This document shows, piece after piece, positions 1-13,211 of a DNA stretch of 64,000 nt (position 1 is the stretch's first letter; each line of letters opens with the position of its first letter). Source of the DNA: Ostrea edulis (Eukaryota); the NCBI RefSeq assembly GCF_947568905.1, contig NC_079164.1, positions 40,734,001-40,798,000 on the forward strand, given 5' to 3'. The translations under genes were made by a program, and so were the position numbers. The notes below the pieces were generated by a model. The model had not been told where the DNA came from, did not search any database, and worked only from the letters and a program-made list of their open reading frames with translations.

Positions 1-38
1 ATCGATGGGGAGTTTGTGGGAGCTTGGCTGCTTACTGT
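1..38 (+). CDS. TPRG1L: TPRG1L-like (hSac2 domain) internal exon, 5' part outside window
   Basis: Translates IDGEFVGAWLLT+gt followed by donor GTAAGT at 39-44. The phase-2 end joins the exon at 3660 to give WLLTVIDHWDNERER, matching the TPRG1/TPRG1L WLLTEVDHWNNEKER motif as I recall it. Confidence 0.8.
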
Positions 39-2370
39 GTAAGTTTATAAATACTGACACAATCTTAGTGACACTAGGCAAAGAACTGCTTACTGTGTAA
101 GTTTATAAATACTGACACAATCTTAGTGACACTAGGCAAAGAACTGCTTACTGTGTAAGTTTATAAATACTCACACAATCTTACTGATACTAGGCAAAGA
201 ACTGCTTACTGTGTAAGTTTATAAATTGTACTTGCACAATCTTAGTGACGCTAGGCAAAGAACTTGACTTACTTGACTTAATTCCTTCTCTCCTCGTGGA
301 GAATAGGGCCATGAACAAGTCCTCTCCATTTACTTCTATCCTGGGCTGATCTTGCTGCCTCTGTCCATGACCCAAAACCTAGTTCTTTCCTCTCTCTTTC
401 TATTGTTCTTCTCCACGTTTCCTTCGGTCTTCCTCTCTTTCTTTTTCCTTCTGGTGTCCAACTAAGGGCTACATATGGGTGTGTTCTTTTATCCATCCGT
501 AGCACATGTCCAATCCACTGCCATCTGCGTGTTTTTATCATAGTGCTGATCTTTGCTACTCCTGCTATCTCTCTAACTGCTACTTTTGATATTTTCATTG
601 GCCAGTAGATCTTTAAGATTTTCCTAAGACATTTGTGTTGGAAGGTATCTACAATTTTTTCGTCCCCTTTTGTCATTTTCCAGGTCTCACTGCCATACAA
701 TAACACAGCTAATACATTTGAGCTGAAGAGCTTCATTTTTGTTTTTCTGTTGAGTTGGTTATTGCTCCAGATCTTGCGTAGCTTATGGAATGCTACTCTT
801 GCATGGCCAATTCTTCTTCTTATGTCTTCATTAGTACCTCCTGTCTTGCTTACTGTTGCTCCGAGGTAAATGAACTCATCCACATCGTTTATGTTGTTCC
901 CATTGATGGTTATTGGTGTGATGTTTGCAGCATTTAGATGCATAACTTTGGTTTTTCCTGTATTGATTTTTAAACCTGTTCTAGCTGCATATCTGTTTAG
1001 AGAGTTCAGTTTTTGTTGTATTTGATCTTTGCTGCTGGATAATAAAGCGATGTCGTCTGCAAAATCTAGATCGTCTAATTTTGTTGTCATATTCCATCTT
1101 ATGCCTGAGTTGTTATCTGCTGTTGTCTTTTTCATTATCCAGTCAACTACCAGGAGGAACAAGAAACCTGACATGTTGCATCCTTGTTTGACACCAGATT
1201 TAACATTAAACCATTCTGTTGTACCATTCCCATCAACAACTGCGCATTCACTGTCTTCATACTGATTATTACGTCTGGTATTCCATAAGATTTCATGATC
1301 TTCCAAAGGGTTTCCCTGTGTATGCTGTCGAAGGCTTTTTCAAAATCGACGAAGCATAGATAGAGGTTGGAGTTCCATTCTATAGCTTGTTCTAGAATAT
1401 TACGTAGGACAAATATCTGTTCCGTAGTGCCTCTTCCTGCCCTGAATCCAGCTTGTTCCATTCTCAAATGTCTGTCTACACCAAGTACAATTCTTTTTAT
1501 TATTATTTTCCCCATTATTTTGGCAGTTGTTGCTATTAGTGTGATTCCTCTCCAATTTCCACAGTTTGTCAGGTCACCTTTCTTTGCTAACTTTATTATA
1601 AGTCCCCTTCTCCAATCTTTGGGAGCTTTTCCAGTTGTCCAGACAATGTTGTATAGTTTGTGTAGTTCCTTGACAGTTGTTTCAATATTTCTACAGTGAT
1701 GTTATCTACACCTGGAGCTTTGCCTAATTTCATTTCTTTCAATGCTCTCCTTATCTCATCTTCTGTTGGTGGACCTGTTTCTATGTCTAATTCGATGGAC
1801 TCCCCTGTTAGTATTTCAGCAGGATCAATAGGGTCTGGTCTATTTAACACTTCGCTGAAGTGTTCCATCCATCTTTTTCTTATATCTTCCTCTTTAGTCA
1901 AGAGATTTCCTTCCTTGTTTTTTACGTCCAAAAACTGTTGAGGCAGTAAAAAACAAGGAAGGCAAAGAACTGCTTACTGTATAAATTTATAAATACTCAC
2001 ACAATCTTAGTGATGCTAGGCAAAGAACTGCTTACTGTGTAAGTTTATAAATACTTGCACAATCTTAGTGATGCTAGGCAAAGAACTGCTTACTGTGTAA
2101 GTTTATAAATACTTGCACAATCTTAGTGATGCTAGGCAAAGAACTGCTTACTGTGTAAGTTTATAAATACTCACACTATCTTAGTGATGCTAGGCAAAGA
2201 ACTGCTTACTGTGTAAGTTTATAAATGCTCGCACAATCTTAGTGATGCTAGGCAAAGAACTGCTTACTGTGTAAGTTTATAAATACTTGCACAATCTTAG
2301 TGATGCTAGGCAAAGAACTACTTACTGTGTAAGTTTATAAATACTCACACAATCTTAGTGATGCTATGCA
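28..2370 (+). repeat. 58-bp minisatellite (about 11 units) split by a LINE insertion
   Basis: Unit ctgcttactgtgtaagtttataaatactgacacaatcttagtgacactaggcaaagaa. About 4 units lie at 28-264 and about 7 at 1970-2370. Confidence 0.95.
265..1959 (-). mobile_element. 5'-truncated RTE-clade LINE (RT domain, frameshifted)
   Basis: Minus-strand ORFs carry RT motifs (KAPGVDNI, EQAGFR, FVDFEKAFDS, GVKQGC, DFADD, LLYGSETW). The 3' tail is short repeats (taagtcaag). A 12-bp TSD aggcaaagaact lies at 253-264 and 1960-1971. Confidence 0.93.
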
Positions 2371-2959
2371 AAAAGCATTGTCTGTCCTCCATATACCTAC
2401 TAGTACAACAGATCTGTATTCATGTCAAGAATTGAGTGATGGATTTTATTGTAAGCTATAGATAGATTGGTGATCACTGGACTGTTGCCTCGGTCCGTTC
2501 ATTGTTTATAAATGAGGTAAACATAATCAATATTCAGTGAATTCATCACGAGTCACAGAATTGTGAATCACATGTTCTACTACCTTTACTGTAGCAGGAG
2601 GTATTGGTTTTTTAGGAGTGGAGATAATTTGATAAAATACACCAGGAACTATTTAAGTTTTCAAGTCCTTTCACCTCACAAATTTTACAGCACTATAAAG
2701 ATCAGGATTTGAATACTTTTTATTATCCCCAAAATAAAAACTGATACACTTTATGGATTTCCCTGTAGAGTAGCACATTGCACTTTTCATTGAAACAGGT
2801 AGAAAACTCACACCAAAAAATTTAGACATAAATTTTTGTTGGTGTAAATGTGTTTTAGTGATGCTTATTCTTACTCTAAATCTTCCTTGATATGAGCATA
2901 TTTCTATTCAAATTCAGAATCAGTTAGTGTGGTTTCTTATAGTAATGAGGAAATGTTTT

Positions 2960-3360
2960 GAAACTTATTATTGAGGGGATCTAGTAACAAGATTGTTCGT
3001 GTGTGTTTGTGACACTGAGCTTGTAAACACTTTGTTGACCACATTTTATGCTCGATTGATTTTAAACTAAATATATAACTTTGTTATCAAGAGAGGAACC
3101 CTATAGATTTTGGATTCAATGGTCATAGTTCAAGGTCGCTACAGGACTTCATAGAAATAGCTTGTAGACACTGTACAGACCACATATTTTGCTCGATTGA
3201 TTTGATACTTCACAGGTAGATTTGTTATCAAGATAGGAAGAACCCTATTGATTTTGGGTTCAAAAGATTAAAGGTCAAGATCACTATGGGACTTCATAGA
3301 AAAAAACCCTTGTAGACACTCATTGTAAGGGGATATTCCGAGCCTTGTGGAGCTGTTGTT
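2960..3360 (+). mobile_element. Degenerate HINE/Helentron-like element with two ~145-bp internal units
   Basis: Two tandem diverged units (agcttgtaaacact...ggacttcatagaaa) end in ggggatattcc...ttgtt, resembling the ends of the clearer HINE at 51195-52035. Confidence 0.5.
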
Positions 3361-3659
3361 TTTATTATCACTCAGTTTGAATTTAATTAATACTTTGTTA
3401 TATTTTTTGTGTTCTTCTGTGACAGAATTCGAAATCATTTATTTTTTGAAAAAAGATCATTTTGATACCGTAAATGGGTGTTCTTTTGTTTTCAAATATT
3501 ACTGGACCAGTGACTGGATGCTGTGTGTAGCAAAATCTCATGTGACAGTCGTGTGACAGTGCTTCATGTTGCTGTTTAGTTCATTTATGCATAAAAGAAT
3601 GATCTGCTGTTATCAAATATTAAACCTTTTTTTTTAAATGTGGGTATTGTTGTTTTCAG

Positions 3660-3836
3660 TATTGACCACTGGGACAATGAGAGAGAGAGGTTATTTATTC
3701 TAAGTAAAAACTGTATGCTGATCTTCAAGTATGACTTCATTCTTCACAAGCTGGAGGATTACAAGAGAGTGATGTTGTACCTGATTGACACCGTGTGTGT
3801 AGGAGACTTTGTCTACCCACCGAGAAGTGTGATGCC
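3660..3836 (+). CDS. TPRG1L: TPRG1L-like internal exon
   Basis: ttttcAG acceptor at 3658-3659. Encodes IDHWDNERERLFILSKNCMLIFKYDF...VGDFVYPPRSVMP. GTAAG donor at 3837. Phases fit both neighbouring exons. Confidence 0.88.
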
Positions 3837-4086
3837 GTAAGTTCATTTTAAAAATTTCCATAGAATGGTAAGATAATTGGTGCTGTAAGTTCTTAGAATT
3901 GTAAAATAGTCCGATTCTATAAGTTTCTTAAATTGTAAAATAATGCGATGCCATAGGTTTTTTTTTTTAAATTTTGAGATAATCCAATAACATAAATTTC
4001 TTAAAATTGTAAGAACTTCACTTCGAGAGATCGAGAACTTTTAGAGATCGAACATTCGAGAGATCGATAGTAAATTTGCTTAGTTA

Positions 4087-4851
4087 CAGTAAAACTGATA
4101 TAGCGAATTTCTGCGGACACTATAAAAATTCTCTATAAGCGTACTTCGCTATACGTTTATAGCGAATTCACAATTCAAATATAACGAATTCGTTATAAAA
4201 CTGATTTGTTCTACATGTTTATCAGTTGTATAAGAAAGCAGCAATCGATATATTTGCATTTGCATTGTCTCTAAGAGAAATTAAACCTATCTATTTTCGA
4301 GAAAAATATTTTCATACAAGAAATATACACACTGATTTACATATTATTTGTCTTGATGGATTATTAAGTCACGCAAGAACATGTTGAAAGAAAAATGTCA
4401 ACAAAATTATGTACAATACATACAAACAGTCTATCACAGTTGTCATTTACTTGTTGATTTACATAAAGGAGTGTACGATAAAATAAATGCAATCAAACTT
4501 CAAATTTAATGAACAAGAATAGTAAACAATACCGACAATATATTTGCTTAATGTATGTGTAAGTATTGTTTTGCGTTAACAACCTCTTTTGAAAAAATAC
4601 AAACAGAAATTTCGTAATAAATGTGGATCCTTTATGGCAATGGAAAGTGATTGCTAAAAATCACAACGAGTTTAAAATTAAAAAAAAAGAATTGTTACAA
4701 AAGGTGATTTTTACATTCATTTTTTATTGAAGGGGAATGGTAATTTACTTCGTTATATAGAATATATAAAGAATTTGCCTGGGAAATTTATTTCACTTCG
4801 CTATAGCCATAATTTCGCTATATCCGTGTTCGCTATATTCGAATTTTACTG
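4087..4851. mobile_element. Tc1/mariner(pogo)-type MITE
   Basis: TIRs cagtaaaact..atatagcgaa / ttcgctatattcgaattttactg, flanked by TA on both sides. Confidence 0.75.
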
Positions 4852-5099
4852 TATATAGAGGAAAAAATCAGGACCATGATTTCACTTAGAGAGATTGAAG
4901 TTCAAGCCATCAAGAGTCACTTGTATAACAATTTGATTTTTTCTGGAAAATTGTTCTCCCCTATGGTCTTTTCTTTTGTTACCCTGAATTCATCCTTAAA
5001 CTATGATCTTCACACATCAAATATTTTCCAAATCTTCACATTTGTATTTCTCTTTATAACTTTACATGTACTTACACAGAGGATGGTGTATAGTACCAG

Positions 5100-5368
5100 T
5101 AAATCCTTCCTTTGAACTAGGATTGTCCAATGAAATCCTTCAGTTAAACTAGGATTCTATTGACCTATGAAATTCTTTAGTTGAATTAGGATTCTGTTGA
5201 CCAATGAAATTCATGTGTTGAACTAGGATTCTGTTGACCAATGAAATCCTTCAATTGAACTAGGATTCATTTGACCTATGAAATCCTTCAGTTGAACTAA
5301 GATTGTGTTGACCAATGAAATCCTTCAGTTATACTAGGATTCTGTTGACCAATGAAATACCTTTTCAG
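5100..5368 (+). repeat. 37-bp minisatellite (about 7 units) ending at the TPRG1L splice acceptor
   Basis: Unit gaactaggattctgttgaccaatgaaatccttcagtt. The aatgaaat motif recurs every 37 bp (e.g. 5314, 5351). Confidence 0.92.
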
Positions 5369-5714
5369 AATAAGACAACATGGGGGAATTCAGGTCAAAT
5401 GGAACAAGGGCCAGCAGCCTGCCTGGGCCCAGATGTGGAACCCCTGGTGTGAAAGTATTCCCTGGATCACCCTGGCTCACCACCCTCTGCTGTACAACCC
5501 CAAGGAATATGAGACGGCCTTTTACAATGTGGACGAGTTTTACGAATCTTTGATTCAGGGAATCAGCAACAGCTACAAGGAAAAGAGACCGAGCGAGAAA
5601 ATCACCATTGTAGAGGGCCCCATCATGATTGAAAGCTATGCCAGTTTGTCCTCAATGGTCTTCAATCAAAGTGGTCTTGGTTTCAATAGAGACAGGAAAG
5701 GCATAAGCTTCTAA
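5369..5714 (+). CDS. TPRG1L: TPRG1L-like terminal coding exon
   Basis: ccttttcAG acceptor. Encodes ...WNPWCESIPWITLAHHP...PIMIESYASLSSMVFNQSGLGFNRDRKGISF*, matching the family's WNPW, PILIETY and C-terminal RGxIxF motifs. Confidence 0.9.
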
Positions 5715-7933
5715 GATGTGTGGTCTGTCTGATCTACGCAGTTGTTAGTTATCAAGCATAATGTTAATGCACATGTACAATATTTGGAAATCCATTTCCA
5801 CTGTCACGAAATGATAAATTGTTAATTTTCCATTTGATAGATTTTTTATTTTTTTTATTAATTACACTAGCTGTGACATTAAAGGCTTTGAAAATATTTA
5901 CGTTGCTTAATTTAACATTTTCATTGACATAGAAATTTTTATCATGACAGTCATTTACTGTGCATGTCATAAGAATATGTACATTTTATTGCAGAGCTGT
6001 GATGTTTATTTAATATATATAACTTTTTTTTGGTTTGTTTTTCAATCTGTCTGAAGGGAAGAGTTATGAAATGTTAGATTTGTATGAGTCCATCGAGTTT
6101 GTTACTGTGGCCCTGCTGATTCTGAAGTGTCCTTTTCTTTGTGTTATTTTTTGTCTTTTTGCTTTGTATGTTCTATTATTTACACACATTCAGTGATATT
6201 CCATAAGTAATGCTGTTCCTATTTATACATCAATTTGTTCGTGCTTTAGATATTTACTGGTTCCTAAATGACCTTTAAAATTAAAGACTTGCCACTCTCC
6301 ACACAAGCTGAAAAATGTAGGCACTGTTATTTTTGCAATTTTTTTTATCAAGGGCAGATAACTCTTCCAAAAAGTTTCAAAGACAGAAAGATTGGCTTTT
6401 CCTTTACATTTACCAGTTCTTTGAATTTGATCTATTTCATTTTCATCATTTCTTCAGAGGCATACATAACAGAGATTAACGACTTCTCCAGGTCTCGTAT
6501 TATCTCATTGTCCTATTTTTTGGTAAAAAAAACACACAAAGATTTAAATTACGTATATAACAACTTAAGAATGAAAGATCAAGTTCAGACCTTCTTAATC
6601 CTGTCACTAAAATATATTTTCAGATGTTTCACTTCAAAATTAAATGAAAGCCAAGTTTCAAAAGGCGACACATGACCAAAACTTGGAAAATCTTAGAGAT
6701 TTCAGGAAATGTTAACAATTTGCTTATTTTTTTTGTTGATAGTATATTTGTTTATCATCAAATCATTTCAGAACTTGTTACGTTCGATTCCAATTTATGA
6801 TAAGAGTGAAATAAACTTAAAATCAACATCACTTTAGAATTTACAGGTGGGACCGTCACATATTTTAAGTGGTAAACATGCTGACGTAGAAGTTGCTTAT
6901 CTTTGTTATATATATCTCTGGCTTTTTAACACACACAAAAAAATATTTATCTTGATTTAAATAATTCAAAATTGTTCAATCTTCTTTTGTTATACATTGA
7001 ATACCTTAGATTGTTTTTGGAATGGTAACTTATCTTCAAAGCTGTGTTCCATACCACCATTGTAATGACCCCCCCCCCCCTTCTTTTCCATCCATTGGCT
7101 AGCATGGTTTGTATTTGAGTTCTTTGTGCTAGGCTTCATAGAATGACCAAAAACTAGTCATGCATACATGGAGTCCTTTTATTTTTGTTCTAAATAGACA
7201 TGCATTCTTTAAGTCATATCAGATATACCAAATATTTTTATTATCATTTTTGTGGGTGAATTCCGTTCTCATTAAATGCTATGTTTGCATTGTATCAAAA
7301 TTATCGGGGTCCTACCGGCTTCCTTGGTTATTTTTTGATTTGATTTATATTGCATACAGCTTTATTTTTGATGCTGATTAATTTTAGCTATCTAACTATT
7401 GCAGTCTTGTCATTTATATAGAAGGACAACAAAACTAATTCTAACATTGTGAAAATAAAAATTGATAATAACCAGGATCGAACTTAAAGCTATATACAGT
7501 GGTAATTAGACATGGTAACTGTATATCTAGTGAATTTGGTGTTGAGAATTCTTGGCAGATTTTTTTTTTTACAAAAGGTGTTCAGAATGTTGGTGCATTA
7601 TTTTTTGGCAGGTTTTTATTTTTAAAATGCAATTGTGATTCACATGAATGAAAATCTTTCAGGTTTTTATTTTTGGCTAATATTTGCTATCTACCAAAAA
7701 ACAACATTTCATACTTGCTTAATTGACCTGATTTATGGTTCTGATACATGATGTTCTAATATACTAATACATGTACTTAGTGATTGCTGTTGTTAGAGAG
7801 TATCAACAAGAGGAAGCATGTTTTATCTTAGTGTAAAGTAAATTTTATCTATGTGTAAAGTAAATTTTATCTATGTGTAAAGTAAATGTAACATTCATAT
7901 ACATACCTGATAGTCTGAAAATTTAAAAAGTTT

Positions 7934-7936
<3 letters not shown>

Positions 7937-7983
<47 letters not shown>
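7937..7983. repeat. (TA)n microsatellite
   Basis: Directly visible run of about 23 TA units. Confidence 0.97.
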
Positions 7984-7987
<4 letters not shown>

Positions 7988-8384
7988 CACTTCTTTAACA
8001 TCATCAACATGATTTTTTATTTTTGCCATGCTTGCTTGAGTTGTGATGTGCCATGAAGGAGTATCATTTTAGGTAATGCAATGTTCAGTTATTGATTGGA
8101 TATCAATCTTCTGATGAGATCATGTTTAACCTGATTAATGAGGAATAACACACCAGAGGAACCTGATGTGGTTGAGTAGTGGACAGGGGTGTCATTTTTC
8201 TCTTTTCAGAGGAAATCCTCTGATTGACCCAATTTTTGAAAAAATGAAACACACTCTTGGTTTGATTTAAACTGACAGAAAAGTATATTTTTCCAGGTAG
8301 GGTGAGATGTTTTTCTTCATTTTTGACCAGTTCTTGTCTGATTTCTGAGGAATTCAGTCACAGTCCCGAGTGGAGGATATATAC

Positions 8385-8550
8385 AATAATATTTTGAAAT
8401 TATCAAGTTTCAAATTTACCTCATTTAGTGGAAAAAATGCAGTTTTAGTAGAAAGTAATCTAAAAAAAAAATTTAAAAACCACTGCTAGACTCCAACGCA
8501 CGGTCTACAAATCAGCAGTCCACATTTAAACTTACTGATTTACACAGCTA
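8385..8550 (-). mobile_element. tRNA-headed SINE-like repeat (related copies at ~9595-9720 on - and ~34010-34172 on +)
   Basis: The three loci share gaggtaaatttgaaact..aatttcaaaatatta and gattac.t.ctactaaa. The head has an A-box-like tagc..agtaggttaa segment. Confidence 0.55.
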
Positions 8551-11019
8551 GGTGATTAGATTTAAAAGGAATATACATGTATTGCTGATAAGTATATTTT
8601 CATTCAAGTTTCAAAATGAAGTCAGCCATTATATGATGATGTGTTATTTCTCCTTAAGCACTCCTCCAATTTATAAGGACAGGGACTACTCTGTGAATTT
8701 GTTTCTTGTCTGTTTGAGTGAGCCTGAATGATGAGAAAGATTATTTATATTGTAGGGCTATTACAGGTGAATTCCATGTTTTTTGTTAATAGTGTGTGGC
8801 AGTTTAAATAAAAATTCAACCAGTGATAAAAAATATTCAGATTGTTATGGGGGAAAATTTTAGCTTATTTTAAATGCAGCAGCCAAAAACTTAATTAAAA
8901 ATAGCTTTTTCTTCTACTAGGGTATATAAATTCTTTTCAAATGAAATTTATAGACAACTAAAATTTTTGTCTTGTGACCTTTTCATTCTTTTTATTCTAT
9001 ACTCTTGCAGTTTTTTGTTTTCAAAACAGCACAGCAAATAGACAAGTTCTATTGAATTTATTTATTCAGGATTATGTTTGTTTGCTTCCCTATGAGGAAG
9101 TTGACCTTGTACTTAAAAGATAGAATTTATTTTGAAAAAACAAAAAAATATTTATACTAAATGGCTGAATTGTTTCCGTCTTGCTGTAATTTACAATGTA
9201 TGTGTTTATAAGCCAATTGTGATATGCAATATTTATCATATTTCTTTATTCATGTTTATTTGTACAGTATAAAATGGAAATTCAAATTTCTTATTTCAAA
9301 GCAATTACTATTAATTTCCATTATTGAAATATGTTTCATTTTGTGTATTTTTTATCATTAGAAATATTAACAATTGTGTACATTGTAAATGTGTGTATTC
9401 TATCCGTGTACACATGCATAAGTAATGTGTGTACTAGTGTGTTGTCCTAAATAGTCTTCTCTGAATTCGACACTAGGAAATTATTTGTCTAAAAATGTTA
9501 TTTTTGAAAAGAAATTAATGATAACAACTTGACATTGTAATTAAGGATGGATGACACACCAGAGAAATACTGACATGGATGGAAAGCAGAGGATATGTAC
9601 AGTAATATTTTGAAATTGAAAGGTTTCAAATTTATCTTATCTAGGTAAAAATTGCTGTTTTAGTAGGAGGTAATCTGAAAAGAAATTTAAAACACCTGCT
9701 TGACTTGAACTAGCTGCAATAATGTAGTCCTCTTTGATTTTTTTGTCATTCTTACGTTTTCAAAAAAAAAAAAAAATGGATAGGGCTACATTATTGCAGC
9801 TAGACTCGAATTCACGATCTTCAGATTGGTATTTGACACATAAACCTACCAAACTACCCAGATAGGCAATTACATTTATTTATATTTCCATTCTTGTTTT
9901 AAAAGTAAGCCAGCCTTTATTTCAGACGATGTATTGTTCCTCCTTAAATTAAAATCAAAAGTTCAAAGTGCAGTATTGAATAGATTTCATTCAATTTATA
10001 ACTGTCTCTCGGCACAAATTGAAATGTGAAGTTTTCACTCTGTTATTTTTGTGTGATTAACATTTGGCATTGTAATGTATGCTCAATTCAATGTAGATTT
10101 TTTTTTTGTTTCTTTTTTTCATGTTGAACTAAGAGGTGTTGTTTATGTACATGTAATTTCACATATGTTTAAAGATGTTTTCTTGTTATTTGTAATTAAA
10201 GATTAGTTAATTATGATGTCCATCAGGACAGATATTGACAGTAGAGAATCTACCACTGTGTATTCACTTATTGTAGTGTAGTTCAATTTTCATGGGTGAA
10301 GAAAAAATGAGTGCTGTTTATTTGGGTTTGATTTCATTATTTACAAGGTTTCATTCTTTGAATGATTGTACAATATGTCTTCTTCATAGAGAGTTTGAAA
10401 ATGTGGTAAGTCTAGCCTGGAAAATTAGATGGTTTTCTGGATCAACTCCTGTACAGGTAGTGAATTTCTGGATCCACCTCTTTACAACTAGTGATTTTCT
10501 GAATTTAAATTCAAATTCTACCACAGTCATTGCAAAGATCAAATAAATACCGCGGTCATTATTCTCCGATATACCTTCATACATAATACCGATAATTGAT
10601 AATGAGAAAATTGATGCACATCTCGTTGCTCTTCGTGTTTTGCTAATACAACAATAAAGTCGATAACTGATAATTCAGTTTTATAATCACAAAAATTAAG
10701 CAATATATGTTGCAAAACAAATTTAAAAATTACTGACGAACAAGTGATATTCAGTATAAATCAATCGTGTGCATTCCGAGATCGATACGTATGTAAACAA
10801 ACATGTCGATGCACAGTTTTCTTGGACTGTGTATTCAAAGTTTTTCAAAATAGATCAAGTATACCCTACCGTCTCACCTTTTTTGTCAGCAAAAACCATG
10901 TAGGCCCAAACCATTTCGGAAAATGTCATGACGTCACGGTGACCCAATTCGTAGCTGTATATTTATAGGTAAACGATCAGCTGTATATTTCTGGTCCGTA
11001 GTAGAATAGAAATAAAGTT

Positions 11020-11155
11020 CTTGTTTTCGTGTATATTGCAGGATAACTTCGGTCTCAAAATGTTGTTTGAAATATAAAATCCTCGGCTTTATATTTCAAA
11101 TTTAAACGACATTTCTTGGCCTCAGGTTATCCTGCAATATACTGTACACGAAATC
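11020..11155. mobile_element. Short palindromic MITE-like element
   Basis: Inverted repeats gtatattgcaggataac / gttatcctgcaatatac with an inner ttgaaatataaa / tttatatttcaa pair. Confidence 0.6.
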
Positions 11156-12479
11156 GCGATCTTCATTTCGTGAATATATTACAAGTTAAGAAAGAACAAG
11201 AACCACAAATACCCAAATATTGCCCTGTAATTTTGAGTAGAATAAAGTATCTTCATTCCAAAATTCTATCATGGTATAGAATAGCTTAGACCTTCTTCTT
11301 TATATATTCAGTGTGTATTCCCGCGAAAATTCATGCATAAAGTTATTAAAACATGCAGAACTTATAACAGTTGTGTTATTTTTGCAAAAAATTATAATTT
11401 CCAACAATATGCACAAAAAATTGGTTTAACTTTCAGGCGCGTAGCTGCCTGTACGCAATTGCGTACACTACACATCATTTTCAGAGAGAGAGATAGAGCT
11501 GTGTTAAAATATTTGTGCCTCAAAAATAACTTTGCGTTATATAGTTCCCATTTATAATTTAATCAACATTATAATGTCCATTCAATCAAATTTAGTCTTT
11601 TTTGAATTTCGAATTATCGACTATGCACAAAAAAAGAAGACAAAAGGGTGATTTCATTCATAAAATCCAGGAGCTTCCAGGCCCTATGGCGGCCACCAGA
11701 CCCTTGGCTGTACTTTGCGTACACTTCCATTTTCTTTCTGGATACGCGCCTGACTTTTAGGCCTCGATCCAAAAAAACAACAACAAAACAACAACAACAA
11801 CAAAAAACCATTGATGAATATTGTGAACTATCATATTACATACTGCATAGAAGTAAAGACTATTTTTGGGGTCGAGGCCTGGGGGATATGTAAATTGTTA
11901 CTTTTTATGTTCTGCAAATAATCGGAATTTTATATTCTATGCACGAATCTGAACATTTTTCCAATTTATAGGTTTAATATAAATAGTTCTCTTTTAAAAA
12001 AAAAAATGATTTTCCCTTGTCTTTTAACAAAACCTTTAATTATTCAAAATTAATGAAATATGATTATTTCAAACAATATTATTAAAATAAAACTGGATAA
12101 CAAGTAGTCATGTTGATCCAATGAAAGATCGTTGATTGAAGTGATCAACATGACTACTTGTAATATTGAAACGCACATACATAGGCCTATAAATCTTATT
12201 TATAAATCAACTGTTGGGATTCACCGTGTTTTCGTGTACATCCCGTAAGCAGGACACCCCCACCCCCGAAAGCTATATCGCTCCGTTCAATCAATGGTTA
12301 GACAGTGAACATATCGGGATTGGATTAATCTTTGTCATATTTTAACAAAGCTAAGTTAAGAGGTACTGAATTAATATTACTTTAAAACTGTTGAATGATT
12401 GTATATAGATATATAAAGAATCGAGGGAGGGAAACAAACGAGAGAGAGGGAAAGGAGAAAGAGATACATAATATATATA

Positions 12480-12840
12480 TACATGTATTGTATTCTATAT
12501 TCTTTTCTACACAATCCCAGAGCTGTTTTGACGGTTAGAAATATACACATTTCAAAATCTGCTGAGACGGATAGAGCAGGAAGCATTCGACCTACATGTA
12601 TTAATGACAGGTTGTATTTGCAAATAAATCATTATAATGACCATATAATTTGCAAAATGCTGACTTTAAATGAGACTATAGAAACCCCTGTAACATAAAT
12701 ATTTGTCAATAGCCTGCTCCGATTAAAAAAATTATCATACTCGGAACATGCTCTAGCGTATCGAATCAGAGACATAAACACTACATGCATGCGATAATGG
12801 AATATTGCTACATAAATATGGGAAGTTGACGATGGAAAAG
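12480..12840 (-). mobile_element. Naiad/Penelope-like RT 3' fragment
   Basis: Diverged match to the RT C-terminus seen at 44609-44870 (ISQ.IRYARACS...QGF). Confidence 0.6.
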
Positions 12841-13062
12841 CTGAAGTTCTCCCGTTTGTTACAACACAAGGAATGACCGTTGTTTTAAAAGAATATTATA
12901 AAATGGAGAAAATGAGTAGAATACAATTGCTGTTGTGCATTTCATAATAGAACTTGATTGTCACGAGCTAATATCACGTTTCATGTCCAGGTAGCCATGC
13001 CGCCTATCTATCTTATCAGTCTTTTATAATATTGATACGAATACTGAAAGGTTGTGTTCAGC

Positions 13063-13105
13063 ATGGCTATCATAAAGTTTCTTGCACCAGTATTACTTCT
13101 TTCGG
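13063..13105 (+). CDS. Two-Kazal-domain secreted protein, exon 1 (signal peptide)
   Basis: ATG at 13063 encodes MAIIKFLAPVLLLS+g. GTTTGT donor, phase 1. A TATA-like tttataat lies about 35 bp upstream. Confidence 0.78.
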
Positions 13106-13211
13106 GTTTGTATTCCTTCTACGAATATTTTTTTTGTATATTTATATATTTCAAATCTTGCTGAATTTAAATTTTGAAAAAATAACAAGAACAATATTGA
13201 TTTGTCTACAG

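Noticed and set aside
5715-12400. Numerous 60-135-aa ORFs in AT-rich sequence (also 48000-50600 and 53000-57000)
   Set aside because: They show low-complexity F/L/I/K composition, rely on non-ATG starts, and have no recognisable motifs or consistent splice phases. This is the expected background for UTR, intronic and intergenic DNA.
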